Source: an uncultured Gammaproteobacteria bacterium
Lineage (GTDB): Bacteria; Patescibacteriota; Microgenomatia; CAZETR01; Amesbacteraceae
DNA: 58,069 bases
NCBI GenBank assembly: GCA_964633995.1
Contig: CAZWKN010000002.1
Location: 179,119 to 237,187 of the forward strand
Direction: 5' to 3'
How positions within the stretch are numbered: the first letter of the stretch is position 1; each line of letters opens with the position of its first letter. The translations under genes were made by a program, and so were the position numbers. This document shows positions 15,462-25,179 of the stretch, in pieces. The notes under the pieces are model-generated. The model was not told the origin of the DNA. It saw nothing but the letters and a program-made list of their open reading frames with translations, and did no database searches.

Positions 15462-16439
15462 ATGGATCTGGCGGGGAAAAATATCATGGTGACTGGTGGA
15501 CTGGGATTTATTGGCAGCAACCTGGCAATTCGGCTGGTCAAAATGGGGGCTAATGTAACTATTGTAGATGCAAAAATTCCTGATACTGGGTGGAACAGCC
15601 ACAATATTGTAGAGATTAAAAACAAAGTCAAAGTTGTGGAAGCCAACATAGCAGATCCGGAAGTCGCTAGATTGATAAGAAAAAGCGAATATGTTTTTAA
15701 CTTGGCTGGAGTACTAAGCCACGTGGATGCCATGAAAGACCCGGTGTTTGATTTGCAAATAAACACTGTTGACCAACTTAAGTTCCTGATGATGTGCATT
15801 AAAGAAAACAAAGATATTAAAATAATTTACACGGGAACCAGAAACCAATACGGAAGAATAGACAAGTTGTTTATAGATGAAAGTTACCGGTTTGACCCGA
15901 TTGACACCAATGGCATTTCTGAAATCGCCGGGGAGGCGTACCATAAACTGTATTGGAAATTGAACGGCATTAGGTCTACCAGTTTGCGGCTTTGTAACGT
16001 ATTTGGCCCCCGGCACCAAATGAGGCATTCCAGGCAGGGGGTTTTGAACTGGTTTATCAGACGATTGATTGACAATGAAAAGATTCAACTGATGGGGGAC
16101 GGATCGCAAATCAGGGACTGCGTATATGTGGAAGACGTAGTGGACGCGCTAATTGACCTGGCTACCACTTCAGACTTGGTGTGGGGAGAAGCGTTTAATA
16201 TAGGAGCTTTTCCGGTATCACTAAAAGAATTTAGCCAAAAGGCGATCGAGGCGAACGGCTCTGGCGAATACGAGCTAGTCCCCTTTCCTAGCGAGCGAAA
16301 ATCCATCGAGCCGGGAAATTACGTAGCCAATTGGGATAAACTAAAAAAGACCGTCGGGTGGACACCTAAATATTCTCTAGATTTAGCTCTTGCCGAAACT
16401 TTTGAGTATTACCGATTGAATAAAGCGAAGTATTGGTAG
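15462..16439 (+). CDS. Extended-SDR NAD-dependent sugar epimerase/dehydratase family protein lacking the canonical YxxxK dyad.
   Basis: IMVTGGLGFIGSNL Rossmann motif right after ATG 15462. The upstream part of the track ORF is repeat DNA. NVFGPR and GDGSQIRDCVYVEDVV are family motifs. At the YxxxK position the sequence reads N-G-I-S-E. Confidence 0.8.
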   Translation: MDLAGKNIMVTGGLGFIGSNLAIRLVKMGANVTIVDAKIPDTGWNSHNIVEIKNKVKVVEANIADPEVARLIRKSEYVFNLAGVLSHVDAMKDPVFDLQINTVDQLKFLMMCIKENKDIKIIYTGTRNQYGRIDKLFIDESYRFDPIDTNGISEIAGEAYHKLYWKLNGIRSTSLRLCNVFGPRHQMRHSRQGVLNWFIRRLIDNEKIQLMGDGSQIRDCVYVEDVVDALIDLATTSDLVWGEAFNIGAFPVSLKEFSQKAIEANGSGEYELVPFPSERKSIEPGNYVANWDKLKKTVGWTPKYSLDLALAETFEYYRLNKAKYW

Positions 16440-17615
16440 TAAGAAAAAGTCGCGCGTCTGGGAATCCAAAACTACTTCCATTTTTTCTTTGGTAACATCG
16501 ACATTTATAAATTTATCTCTAAAACCAGGCGCAGAAACGGAAATGGTCGAATAATCCGAAAGGACGGGAACTAACCCAGTAAAATTCCGGCCAAGATAGA
16601 TTATTTTGGCGTTTGTGAGTAAATTTCCTTGCCTATCAATCACACTTACGGATACTATCTTGGGGGAAAAAAATGAAGCAATCACATCGACCGCCGGCTT
16701 TTTTTCCAGATTAGCCCCCTGCCAAATTTCAGTAGAACCGTCGGCATTTATCCAATAATTTAAGCCCATTAAACCGGGAATTTGAATAAGTTTGCCCATA
16801 GCTTCTTTAATCCACTTGGCTTGACCTTCGGCCGTCATGCTGCCATGAATATCGGGAATTGGCACACCATACTCCCCCAAGACGATTTGGGCGTTTGTTT
16901 TCTTGGCCATGGAGGCAACGTCTTTGGCTAACTTTGTCGGAGTATCGACATAGTGATCCAAAACTATAATTGAATCCAGAGCCGTTACGGTTTGTTTGTC
17001 CATAATTAATTTAGCCACATCCAGATTCATGGAGAAATAATTTGAGGCCACATTTTTTCCTATTTCTTTGAAGGCTTCCTTGGTCGTACCATACTCATCT
17101 ATTAAAAATTGGCGATAACCTTTGACATCACCCGTAGATCTGGGATCACCATCTCCTCCGTTTTCGCATTCATGACACGGTGAATATATATCACCATCGG
17201 CAAACAAATCAGGATTGGCTAAAATAAAGGCCTTGGTTTTGTTAATGTGGTCTACCCTGGAAATGTCCGGGTAGCCGAACCAATTTTCCCAACCAGAGAA
17301 GTTACCCCTAAACCAAACCAACAGCCCGTGAGACCTGGCGGATTTTGTCCACCTGGTCAAAAAAGGAATAAATTCGGCGTCGTAGGGGGTAGCTATGGCT
17401 ACATGGGTGGCTCCGGTAGATGCAATGTCGCTCATCTGTTTATCTATCATGTGATCAAAAGCAGGATTATTGGATTCTGATCTGGCCATATCCCGGGAAA
17501 ACTTCATGGTATCTATGGATTGAATTTTCCAAAGTGTGGGTCGCGAGTCTGCGGCGTGAACCGGGGTGGCCAACAAAAAGATCAAAACACTTAATGAGAG
17601 TAAGACTAATTTCAT
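16383..17615 (-). CDS. Secreted protein, probably a glycoside-hydrolase-like TIM-barrel with a C-terminal beta-sandwich domain.
   Basis: Signal peptide MKLVLLSLSVLIFLLATPVHA. The pattern of alternating strand/helix segments with conserved acidic residues (..HECENGGD.., ..VLGEYGVP..) suggests a GH clan-A-like fold. Weak call from memory only. Confidence 0.4.
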   Translation of the reverse strand: MKLVLLSLSVLIFLLATPVHAADSRPTLWKIQSIDTMKFSRDMARSESNNPAFDHMIDKQMSDIASTGATHVAIATPYDAEFIPFLTRWTKSARSHGLLVWFRGNFSGWENWFGYPDISRVDHINKTKAFILANPDLFADGDIYSPCHECENGGDGDPRSTGDVKGYRQFLIDEYGTTKEAFKEIGKNVASNYFSMNLDVAKLIMDKQTVTALDSIIVLDHYVDTPTKLAKDVASMAKKTNAQIVLGEYGVPIPDIHGSMTAEGQAKWIKEAMGKLIQIPGLMGLNYWINADGSTEIWQGANLEKKPAVDVIASFFSPKIVSVSVIDRQGNLLTNAKIIYLGRNFTGLVPVLSDYSTISVSAPGFRDKFINVDVTKEKMEVVLDSQTRDFFLLPILRFIQSVILKSFGKS

Positions 17616-19264
17616 AAGTTGCGTTCAAAGATCAGAATATCTTCCGATGTATAAACTTTTTTATAGTGAACATACAAGCGCCCTTGTTTTTCTGGAGTGT
17701 CGAAATAATTTTTCCAAAGAGCGTCGTCTTTTTGAAGAATAATCCACTGAGCATGTCTTTGGGGAGAGACGAGGGTTTCTTCCCAATACGGCCTGGTACC
17801 AATATAGATAATGTTCTGCATAGGCAGCTTGGAAGTGATGACACTAAAGATGCGCTTATAATCGTCCATGATCAATAAGCCGCCGGTGTAGTTTTTGGCT
17901 AACCAGCCTACCGCGTCCGGATACTTGTTGGCTGAAAGCCCGATGGTGGCGTCATCATAAGTTACCACACGAGAGTAACCATTTATGTACAGGCCAAATT
18001 GAAGCAGGAAGAGCGTAACGAGAACTATGCGACCTGGAATTTTGCATTTGGTGAAAAGGTAGGCAAACAATATCGCACAAGTGGGAATCATCATCAGGCC
18101 ATACCGGACATTGAAGAGACGCCACTCAAAACCTACTGGGGTAATCGAAGGGATAAAAATCAAAGACTGACCTATATAAAGCGTGAGGACATAAAAAATA
18201 AAGGGTGAAAGCAAAACCAAAGACGTAAAGAACGAATAGCGCGTTTGTTTGTCTTTTACGAAAGAAATAAAGCCTATGATGGAAACCGCAAAGATAAGAA
18301 TACCCACATTGCTCATAGATGTGGCGGTGTAATAGACGACAGAACTGGGAAGATTTTTGTAGGACGGGAGTTGTTTTTTGGCCAGCCAACCTTTTTGCTG
18401 GGACTTGGCCGAGAATTGACTAGTGGTAAAGTAAAACGGATTACCAAGGATCAAAGCCCCCCAACCCAACCAGAGGAAAACACCAAAAAAAGCCAGGGTG
18501 CAAAAGATAATTAATATCCCCTCACCCTTTTGGGTCAGAAGCGTCAATCTGGTGAGTTGGCCATGGAAGAGATTTTTAATAAAGGTGTGGATTTTCGTAT
18601 TAAGCAGGCCAATGATTCCCGCTTGGATCAGAACAATTATCCAGCCGTCGTAACGAGTGAGAGTAGCGCAAAATCCATAGAATGCAGCGAGAATTAAATC
18701 GGTAAGTTTGTCCTGATCATGCAGATATCTGACGAAGTAATAACTATTTAGTACAAAAAAAACTATCAGTGGCAATTCCGTCATGGGGGTGGATTGCATG
18801 TATAAAATGTTCGGATTGGTGATAAAAAGCAAGGAGGCAAGAAAGGCGGCGGATGTATTTTTGGTGAGGAGTTCCGTGAGTTTAAAAATGAAGGAGGCGG
18901 CAACAACAAAGCAAATTCCAGACACGATTGAACCCGCTAAACCAGTCCTCCAAAGGTAATCTGACGCAATAAGAGGCAGCATTAAAATGTGTGGCAATGG
19001 CAACCAAATGCCTCCCAATTGAGCGGCTCCTGGCGTAAGACTGTGGATGACTCTTTTGGCGATGTTTAAATGGGATTCAGCGTCACCATAAGAGATGATG
19101 GTGTGATTTTGAAAAGTAATAAAGGTGGCCACCATAGCAATGGTCACCGACAGTGAAACAGAAATGCTTAGAAGTGGCAATCTGCTGATCCAAGCTAACA
19201 ATCTAGTCAACGGTTTTTTGGGAAGAGTGATGTCAATGGTCATGTTTAGTAAATAAAGGAACAA
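17612..19264 (-). CDS. GT-C fold membrane glycosyltransferase (ArnT/PMT, GT39-like).
   Basis: Polytopic 550-aa ORF with YGDAESHLNIAKRV in the first extracytoplasmic loop (Asp/Glu loop typical of GT-C). By my hand check the codon at 19264-19262 reads TGT, so the real start is more likely ATG 19243-19241. Confidence 0.65.
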   Translation of the reverse strand: MFLYLLNMTIDITLPKKPLTRLLAWISRLPLLSISVSLSVTIAMVATFITFQNHTIISYGDAESHLNIAKRVIHSLTPGAAQLGGIWLPLPHILMLPLIASDYLWRTGLAGSIVSGICFVVAASFIFKLTELLTKNTSAAFLASLLFITNPNILYMQSTPMTELPLIVFFVLNSYYFVRYLHDQDKLTDLILAAFYGFCATLTRYDGWIIVLIQAGIIGLLNTKIHTFIKNLFHGQLTRLTLLTQKGEGILIIFCTLAFFGVFLWLGWGALILGNPFYFTTSQFSAKSQQKGWLAKKQLPSYKNLPSSVVYYTATSMSNVGILIFAVSIIGFISFVKDKQTRYSFFTSLVLLSPFIFYVLTLYIGQSLIFIPSITPVGFEWRLFNVRYGLMMIPTCAILFAYLFTKCKIPGRIVLVTLFLLQFGLYINGYSRVVTYDDATIGLSANKYPDAVGWLAKNYTGGLLIMDDYKRIFSVITSKLPMQNIIYIGTRPYWEETLVSPQRHAQWIILQKDDALWKNYFDTPEKQGRLYVHYKKVYTSEDILIFERNL

Positions 19265-20768
19265 CGAATAAAATTAAAATTGCCAATACAACAACTACGC
19301 CAAGAATAATTAGAAAATAATTGGTTAGATTCATATAATTGTTGATAAATGTGTTGTACATAAAACTACTGCTTCTGTTTGCCGCGATAAACGGTATATT
19401 TTTTACAAAATTATATTGAGTGTGCAAATAAATGGCTTCGGGAGTGGGAGGAATAGTATTGGTTGTTAAGGCCCCCAACAGGGCAACCGCCGATGAATAA
19501 ATAAACAGAACTAGAGCTAGAAGTTTTTTTAGGAACTTGCCATCTGAGATCCAAGCCGCCACGAAAGGGCTTAGTAAGCCAAAAACAGGAATTAAATATC
19601 TGGGTCCATATGCCCAACCACCCCAGGGATCTCCCCAACTACTATACAAAAAGACAACCACCATAACATTAGCAATCATGACGGACGAAAATAATTCAAG
19701 CCGCCGGAGACGGGCAAGTATGCCCAATAAACCCAACACGAAGAGTGGGGAGTATAGGACCAGGCCCCGGTCGTCGGAAACGGTAAGCGTGTAAAAACCG
19801 AACGGGAATTTCTGCTCCGTAAAAAATTTGGTGGGGTTGATTTTTTTCTCTATGGATTTAATAACTAAATCTCCGGACGCAGAGGCTAACAAGTTGGACT
19901 CCTTAATAGTTTTGTAATCGATTAGTCCACCGCTTATTTTTGTCCAACCACCAAATTGAGTTTTGTTGTAATAGCCATGCAGAAGCGTAATGGCAATAAA
20001 AATTGCAGAGGTTGCAACCACAACCGGCCGAAAACTTAGCTTAATATTTCTCACCGTTTGGTCGAGAGAAAATGAGGTTAACCCCAGATAAACAATTACC
20101 GGAGCCATGAGGGCAATATTTGGATAGTCGACACTGATAGCCAAAGCGTATGCTAACCAAACGTAAAGAGAATAAAGCCAGCTGAAGCCTGATTTTTGGG
20201 CATATTTCCAAACCGCATAGATACCCGACAAAATGAAAAATGTGGTGGCCTGGTGCTGATACAGGGTAACTGCGTAGGCCCAGGAGATTGAACCGAAACT
20301 AAAAGCTACGCTTGAAAACACACTTGCCCAAACAGGTAACTTAAACATGTAACGGGAGATTTTGAAGAGGACTACTGCGCTTCCTGTTGCAAAAAGCGAT
20401 GACAAAAAGAAACTGGCGACCTGGGCTAGGCCGTATTTGGCACCTAATATATATAGTGGGAGTGCCATGAGTGAGATGCCGGGGGCAAAGAGGATATAAA
20501 ATCTGCCCTGATGCCAACCGACGTCCGGATAAACTGCGTCCGCCAGACCCGGTCCCAAGTCAAACCGACCGGTGTTGACCAGCGCCATAATGAGGGCATA
20601 TCTACCGCGTTCTGGCGAAAGCTCCAATGGCTTGGTGGCTTGGTCGAGATTATTTTTGATATCCGAGGTAACTGGATTGCCTGCAACTCCTCTTAGAGTA
20701 AAAATATAGAGGGCCATCACAAACATCACCGCGGTTATCGAAAAAAATAAGGTTATGATTTTTTTCAT
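19233..20768 (-). CDS. GT-C fold membrane glycosyltransferase (GT39/GT83-like).
   Basis: 511-aa polytopic ORF with an early loop LSPERGRYALIMALVNTGRFDL..YPDVGW. ATGA overlap with the upstream SDR gene. Confidence 0.6.
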   Translation of the reverse strand: MKKIITLFFSITAVMFVMALYIFTLRGVAGNPVTSDIKNNLDQATKPLELSPERGRYALIMALVNTGRFDLGPGLADAVYPDVGWHQGRFYILFAPGISLMALPLYILGAKYGLAQVASFFLSSLFATGSAVVLFKISRYMFKLPVWASVFSSVAFSFGSISWAYAVTLYQHQATTFFILSGIYAVWKYAQKSGFSWLYSLYVWLAYALAISVDYPNIALMAPVIVYLGLTSFSLDQTVRNIKLSFRPVVVATSAIFIAITLLHGYYNKTQFGGWTKISGGLIDYKTIKESNLLASASGDLVIKSIEKKINPTKFFTEQKFPFGFYTLTVSDDRGLVLYSPLFVLGLLGILARLRRLELFSSVMIANVMVVVFLYSSWGDPWGGWAYGPRYLIPVFGLLSPFVAAWISDGKFLKKLLALVLFIYSSAVALLGALTTNTIPPTPEAIYLHTQYNFVKNIPFIAANRSSSFMYNTFINNYMNLTNYFLIILGVVVVLAILILFVVPLFTKHDH

Positions 20769-21520
20769 ATATCCTGTTTTACTGATTTAAATACTACACT
20801 TTCGAAATCAATGTTTTCCGACTCAATAATGGTTTTTATAAGATTTGCCACTTGATAGGGTGATAAAAAATTTCTGCCCTTGGTTGATAAAAAGGTTGTC
20901 ACCGTTCCCGGCATTAAACAGGTTACCCTGATGCCAAAAGGCTTGAGTTCTTTGTTTAACGCAAACGAAAAACCCTCCAGGGCATACTTGCTTGTCGCAT
21001 ATGTGACTTTGTTGGGCGCGACATTGGTATTGTGACTGATTTTGGAACCAATATTAATGATAAGTCCTTTGCGGTTTTTTTTCATGCTTCCAAGAACAGC
21101 CTTGGACATGTTAAACGCACCAACAAGATTGGTATCTATCGTCTGTCTAAACTCTTCGACAGAAGTTGACTCTAATGACTTGTTGGCAAAAATGCCAACA
21201 TTATTAATTAATACGTCAATTTTTTTAAATGTGTTTAGGGCTTTTGCGATACTCTCAATACAATCCTTAGTTTTGGTGACATCGCACCGAAGAGCCAGTA
21301 CCCGGGACGAATCCTGAAAATGATGTTTGACAAGAAGAGCGCTACGGCTAATTAATACTAATTTCGCCCCTTTTTTGTACAATAGCTCCGCACACGCCCG
21401 ACCAATCCCATGACTGGCCCCGGTAATGACAATTACTTTATCCGAAAACTCGGTAGCTGGCTCGATTAGAGGAACTGGGTAAAAAAGCTGTGAGACAAAT
21501 TGCATTATTGAATTTTTCAT
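20765..21520 (-). CDS. Classical short-chain dehydrogenase/reductase.
   Basis: VIVITGASHGIGRA (TGxxxGxG), NNVG, YATSKYALEG (YxxxK). I moved the start to ATG 21520, which forms an ATGA overlap with the upstream stop. The track extension to 21619 overlaps the upstream gene. Confidence 0.85.
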   Translation of the reverse strand: MKNSIMQFVSQLFYPVPLIEPATEFSDKVIVITGASHGIGRACAELLYKKGAKLVLISRSALLVKHHFQDSSRVLALRCDVTKTKDCIESIAKALNTFKKIDVLINNVGIFANKSLESTSVEEFRQTIDTNLVGAFNMSKAVLGSMKKNRKGLIINIGSKISHNTNVAPNKVTYATSKYALEGFSFALNKELKPFGIRVTCLMPGTVTTFLSTKGRNFLSPYQVANLIKTIIESENIDFESVVFKSVKQDI

Positions 21521-23442
21521 ATGTTTTTGACAGCCCGTACAGCAACTGTGACTGGGAAATACGGATCGTTGTCCTCCAACTCCTCCGGAGCAAGATCCTG
21601 GATTGCCATGCCAACCCAAAATGCTTGCCCAGCCAAAGCGTTTCCAAAGGTCTCCACAGTTAAGTTGTCAGGGCTGAAATATTTGTTGAATATATATTCG
21701 GCCGAAGCCTTGGTAAATCTCCACATGTTGGAGGCGATGTTCCAAACGGGGCTTAGGGACGAAACCGTAACTAATAGTACTCCACCTGGCTTGAGGATTC
21801 TTTTGCACTCTCTTATAGCCGCTTCGTAATCAGGAATCATTAATAGCGTTTGGGTGAGAATCACACAATCATAGGTATTGTCTCCAATCTGAGGCATATT
21901 CTGAAGATCCGCATAGATGGTGGCTTGCTTGTTTCCTCGATTGATGTCCAATATGTCTCCCCTACTTACTTTGGAACCACCAAATTTTTTGATATAGGCA
22001 TCGTCGGTTATTTCAAGACAGTTGCCCTTAATATCTTTTTTGTTAAGTGCTAAAAATTTTTCTATATAATAGCGGTCGACCGGAACTCCGCGGTCAAAAC
22101 CATACGAGATACTAATTGGTTTTATGTTTCTTTTGGGAGTCGGAAACAAAAAATAATTTTTTCTTGGTTTGAACCACCTGGCAACGGGGCGCTGAATCTT
22201 CCGAAACGCGTCGACTAAAACCTTTACCCAGGGCCTGGAAAGTACGGGGTGGAGAGCAGGAGAATTGGACGTTGGAGTCGGGCCGCTTGAATAAAGTGTC
22301 TCCATTTTTCTGGCCACATTTGCCCAGGAGTTTTCGCGACCATGATCTAGGTTGTACCGTTGGATTGTTTTAATTGCTTTTTTATTTTTTGGATCTAGGA
22401 TGAAGTTGATTTTATTGGCAAGCGCTACGTGGTCAAAGGTTTCTACCAAAAATCCGTTAATTTTATCTTTTACTAAATATGGCAAGGCGGTATTGTTAGC
22501 TACGATACAAACTAAACCCTGACTAATAGCCTGATGCACCACGTTGCAAAAACTTTCCCATTTGGCCATATGGACAAAGGCCAGGGCATGTCTATTTATA
22601 TAATATTTATCAGCACCCATAATAACCCCAGGAAATATGACTCTGTCTGAAACCCCTAGTCGTGATGCCAAGTCTTTGAGGTCATTGAGGTATTTAGAAT
22701 CTCCAACTGTTCCAATATTTACTAACTTTATATCTTTTGGAATAGACGGAAGAGCCTTGATGATAGTTTCCTGATTTTTTATTGAATAAATCCTAGCGTC
22801 TTCAAAGATGTATCTTCCCCAGCTCTTAACTAATTTTTTTGTTTTTGAGGTCACATCGGTATCATCAGAATTGAATGCTGCGTCCTCAAGGCCATTGGAA
22901 ATGGTTTGAATTTTTTTGGGATCTAAACCCCTGGAGAGCATCTCATTTTTTTCCCAATCGGAAACTGCCCGTATGCCATCGACGGTCAAGTTGATCAACA
23001 AAGATCCGAGGGTATAGGTATATGTTTTTTTGATTAAGGCTCTAAACTTTGAATAAATCTTCCATTCCGGATTAAATCCACCATGTGGGGTGAGGAAAAG
23101 TCTAAAACGTTTTTTACCTAGTACTTTTAACCAAAGTGTGTAAAGCATGAAGAACACATGGGGAAAGATGTCGAAATTATGTAGAGCAATAACGCAATCG
23201 TCATTCCAATCTAGGTCTGGAAAAAAACCAAACCACTTGAATGGGTAACGTTTGACCTGAAGCGGTCCAATTACTTCGTCCTTTGGCAAACAATTTTTTT
23301 TAAGGTAGGTGTCTTTGGATGTATGGATAACTATTTCCCACTTTTCCGGGTCCAACCGTTTATAGGTTTCGAATATATTTAATTCTATTCCGGCAACTAC
23401 GGGATAAAAATATTTGGTTATAACGTGAAGTTTTTTAGGCAT
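21517..23442 (-). CDS. Fusion protein: N-terminal GT4 glycosyltransferase plus C-terminal class I SAM-dependent methyltransferase.
   Basis: N-terminus LHVITKYFYPVVAGIE and KWESFCNVVHQAISQGLVCIV (GT4). C-terminus CLEITDD..YDCVILTQTLLMIPDYEAAIRECKRILKPGGVLLVTV (methyltransferase type 11/12-like). Confidence 0.75.
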   Translation of the reverse strand: MPKKLHVITKYFYPVVAGIELNIFETYKRLDPEKWEIVIHTSKDTYLKKNCLPKDEVIGPLQVKRYPFKWFGFFPDLDWNDDCVIALHNFDIFPHVFFMLYTLWLKVLGKKRFRLFLTPHGGFNPEWKIYSKFRALIKKTYTYTLGSLLINLTVDGIRAVSDWEKNEMLSRGLDPKKIQTISNGLEDAAFNSDDTDVTSKTKKLVKSWGRYIFEDARIYSIKNQETIIKALPSIPKDIKLVNIGTVGDSKYLNDLKDLASRLGVSDRVIFPGVIMGADKYYINRHALAFVHMAKWESFCNVVHQAISQGLVCIVANNTALPYLVKDKINGFLVETFDHVALANKINFILDPKNKKAIKTIQRYNLDHGRENSWANVARKMETLYSSGPTPTSNSPALHPVLSRPWVKVLVDAFRKIQRPVARWFKPRKNYFLFPTPKRNIKPISISYGFDRGVPVDRYYIEKFLALNKKDIKGNCLEITDDAYIKKFGGSKVSRGDILDINRGNKQATIYADLQNMPQIGDNTYDCVILTQTLLMIPDYEAAIRECKRILKPGGVLLVTVSSLSPVWNIASNMWRFTKASAEYIFNKYFSPDNLTVETFGNALAGQAFWVGMAIQDLAPEELEDNDPYFPVTVAVRAVKNI

Positions 23443-23449
23443 AGTACTA

Positions 23450-24277
23450 TCAAATTAATTTAACAAATGGTGTATGAGATAAAATACTTCTAAACATAGT
23501 CGAAACTGGCAAAATTGCAGATTGAACTTCTATTGGCGTAAATGATTGATCCAATCCAACCCGGGGAAGAGCAAACCGATTTGACGCTTTGGTTAACAAG
23601 TCGCTATCCATAGACAGTCCTAATTCATAACCAGTTTTCTTAACCGCAGTGATAATTTTTTCTGAGTATCCTCCTTTGGGGTAGGCAATGTACGGTATTG
23701 AAATATCCAGCTTCTTTTCGAGTGTTTTTTTTGATTTTATTATTTCAATATTTATTTGATCGTCCGATAAATTTGACATAAGTGCGTGTGTGGCAGTATG
23801 ACAACCAATCTCCCAACCTTGTTTATAAAGATTTTTTATCTGTGACGAAGAAAGCAGGGACTGTCCATTGTCCAGCTCGTGTCGGTTTGCGTTTTTTGGG
23901 TCTGACAAGACAAATACCGTGGGTTTTAGATGATACTTGGCTGCCAAATCCGTTATCTGCATGAGATTAGCATAGCCATCATCAAAAGTGATCACTAAAG
24001 ATGGGGAGTCGATGCTTGTTTTCCCATCTAAAAAATTTACCAGGTCTGCTAGAGAAATGAACTTGTAAGATTTTGAGAAAACCTCTAGTTGCCTGGAAAA
24101 CTCATCCTTGCTCAGATTGAAACGCCATTGATCTGACGATATTCCGTGATAGCAAAGAATCGTGATCAATGGTTTTCGGCTAACAATATTATTCAATAGC
24201 AATGTAACCGCATAGACGGTTTTCCGGAGCAGTAATCCGGGGCTTAATTTTGTTTTTGAGTTGATATATTTGATCAT
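23450..24277 (-). CDS. Polysaccharide deacetylase (CE4, NodB homology domain).
   Basis: LVITFDDGYANL, GWEIGCHTATH, IAYPKGGYS motifs. Confidence 0.85.
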   Translation of the reverse strand: MIKYINSKTKLSPGLLLRKTVYAVTLLLNNIVSRKPLITILCYHGISSDQWRFNLSKDEFSRQLEVFSKSYKFISLADLVNFLDGKTSIDSPSLVITFDDGYANLMQITDLAAKYHLKPTVFVLSDPKNANRHELDNGQSLLSSSQIKNLYKQGWEIGCHTATHALMSNLSDDQINIEIIKSKKTLEKKLDISIPYIAYPKGGYSEKIITAVKKTGYELGLSMDSDLLTKASNRFALPRVGLDQSFTPIEVQSAILPVSTMFRSILSHTPFVKLI

Positions 24278-25179
24278 ACGGAAATTGCTTTTTTAGAGCT
24301 TGTTACAAATGCCCATGCGTTTTGGGTGTGATTAATAAACCTTGATCTAACAAGAGAAAATATATAAATTATCACGTTGACTATGACTAAAATGGGGTGG
24401 CGCAAAAGATATACAAAAGTCCAATAGATTACATTTAACCATGGGGTTTTGGTTAACTCGCGAACATTTGATATTCCAAATTCTTTGTTTATTTTCTCAA
24501 TTGCTTGGACAAAACGAATGGATTGTTTTTCATGGTCCGAATAATTTGTTGGCAACCGGTAAGTAATAAAAGCGTGACTTACAAAAAGGTATTTAAAACC
24601 TTTAGTTAGGCAATAGACGTAAGAATACAAATCCTCACCAGCACTAAACTTAACATTAAGTTGCTTATACAATCGCTTTGAAAAGGCCCTGGCCAGGCCA
24701 TGACAGGTGTAGAAATTGTTGCCGTTTTTATAATGATTGAAGACAGATCTTTTTATGTCTTCACTTACCAGCAATACCTGCTCAAAAAAACCTTCAGGTT
24801 TAAGCTGTTCTATGTCTGCGGATGTCAGATCGACATTGTTTTCTATTATTGGCCGCGCCATCTTGTCCAAAAAGAATTTGTCCGGGATCCGAACATCGGC
24901 GTCGATAACAAACAAAATTGGTGTCTGAGAAAGTCGTGACACTTCGTTTATGCTAAATGCTTTGCCCTGTCTTTTGGCATGCTCAATGATTTTTATTTTT
25001 TTTGAATTTATTTTTTTTACGATTAAAACCGTATCGTCTGTACATTCGTCGCAAACTACATAAATGGTTTTAACCATGGTTAACTCACTCTGTTGAGCCA
25101 ACAAATCCGTAAGAACATTCTTTATATTTGCGGCCTCATTGTAAGCCGGGATACAGATAGTAATTTGTGTTTTGCTCAT
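24274..25179 (-). CDS. GT2 glycosyltransferase with C-terminal TM helices.
   Basis: ITICIPAYNEAANI..VVCDECTDDT..VIDADV. The start is set at ATG 25179 (ATGA overlap with the upstream stop) rather than the track start at 25209. Confidence 0.8.
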   Translation of the reverse strand: MSKTQITICIPAYNEAANIKNVLTDLLAQQSELTMVKTIYVVCDECTDDTVLIVKKINSKKIKIIEHAKRQGKAFSINEVSRLSQTPILFVIDADVRIPDKFFLDKMARPIIENNVDLTSADIEQLKPEGFFEQVLLVSEDIKRSVFNHYKNGNNFYTCHGLARAFSKRLYKQLNVKFSAGEDLYSYVYCLTKGFKYLFVSHAFITYRLPTNYSDHEKQSIRFVQAIEKINKEFGISNVRELTKTPWLNVIYWTFVYLLRHPILVIVNVIIYIFSLVRSRFINHTQNAWAFVTSSKKAISV

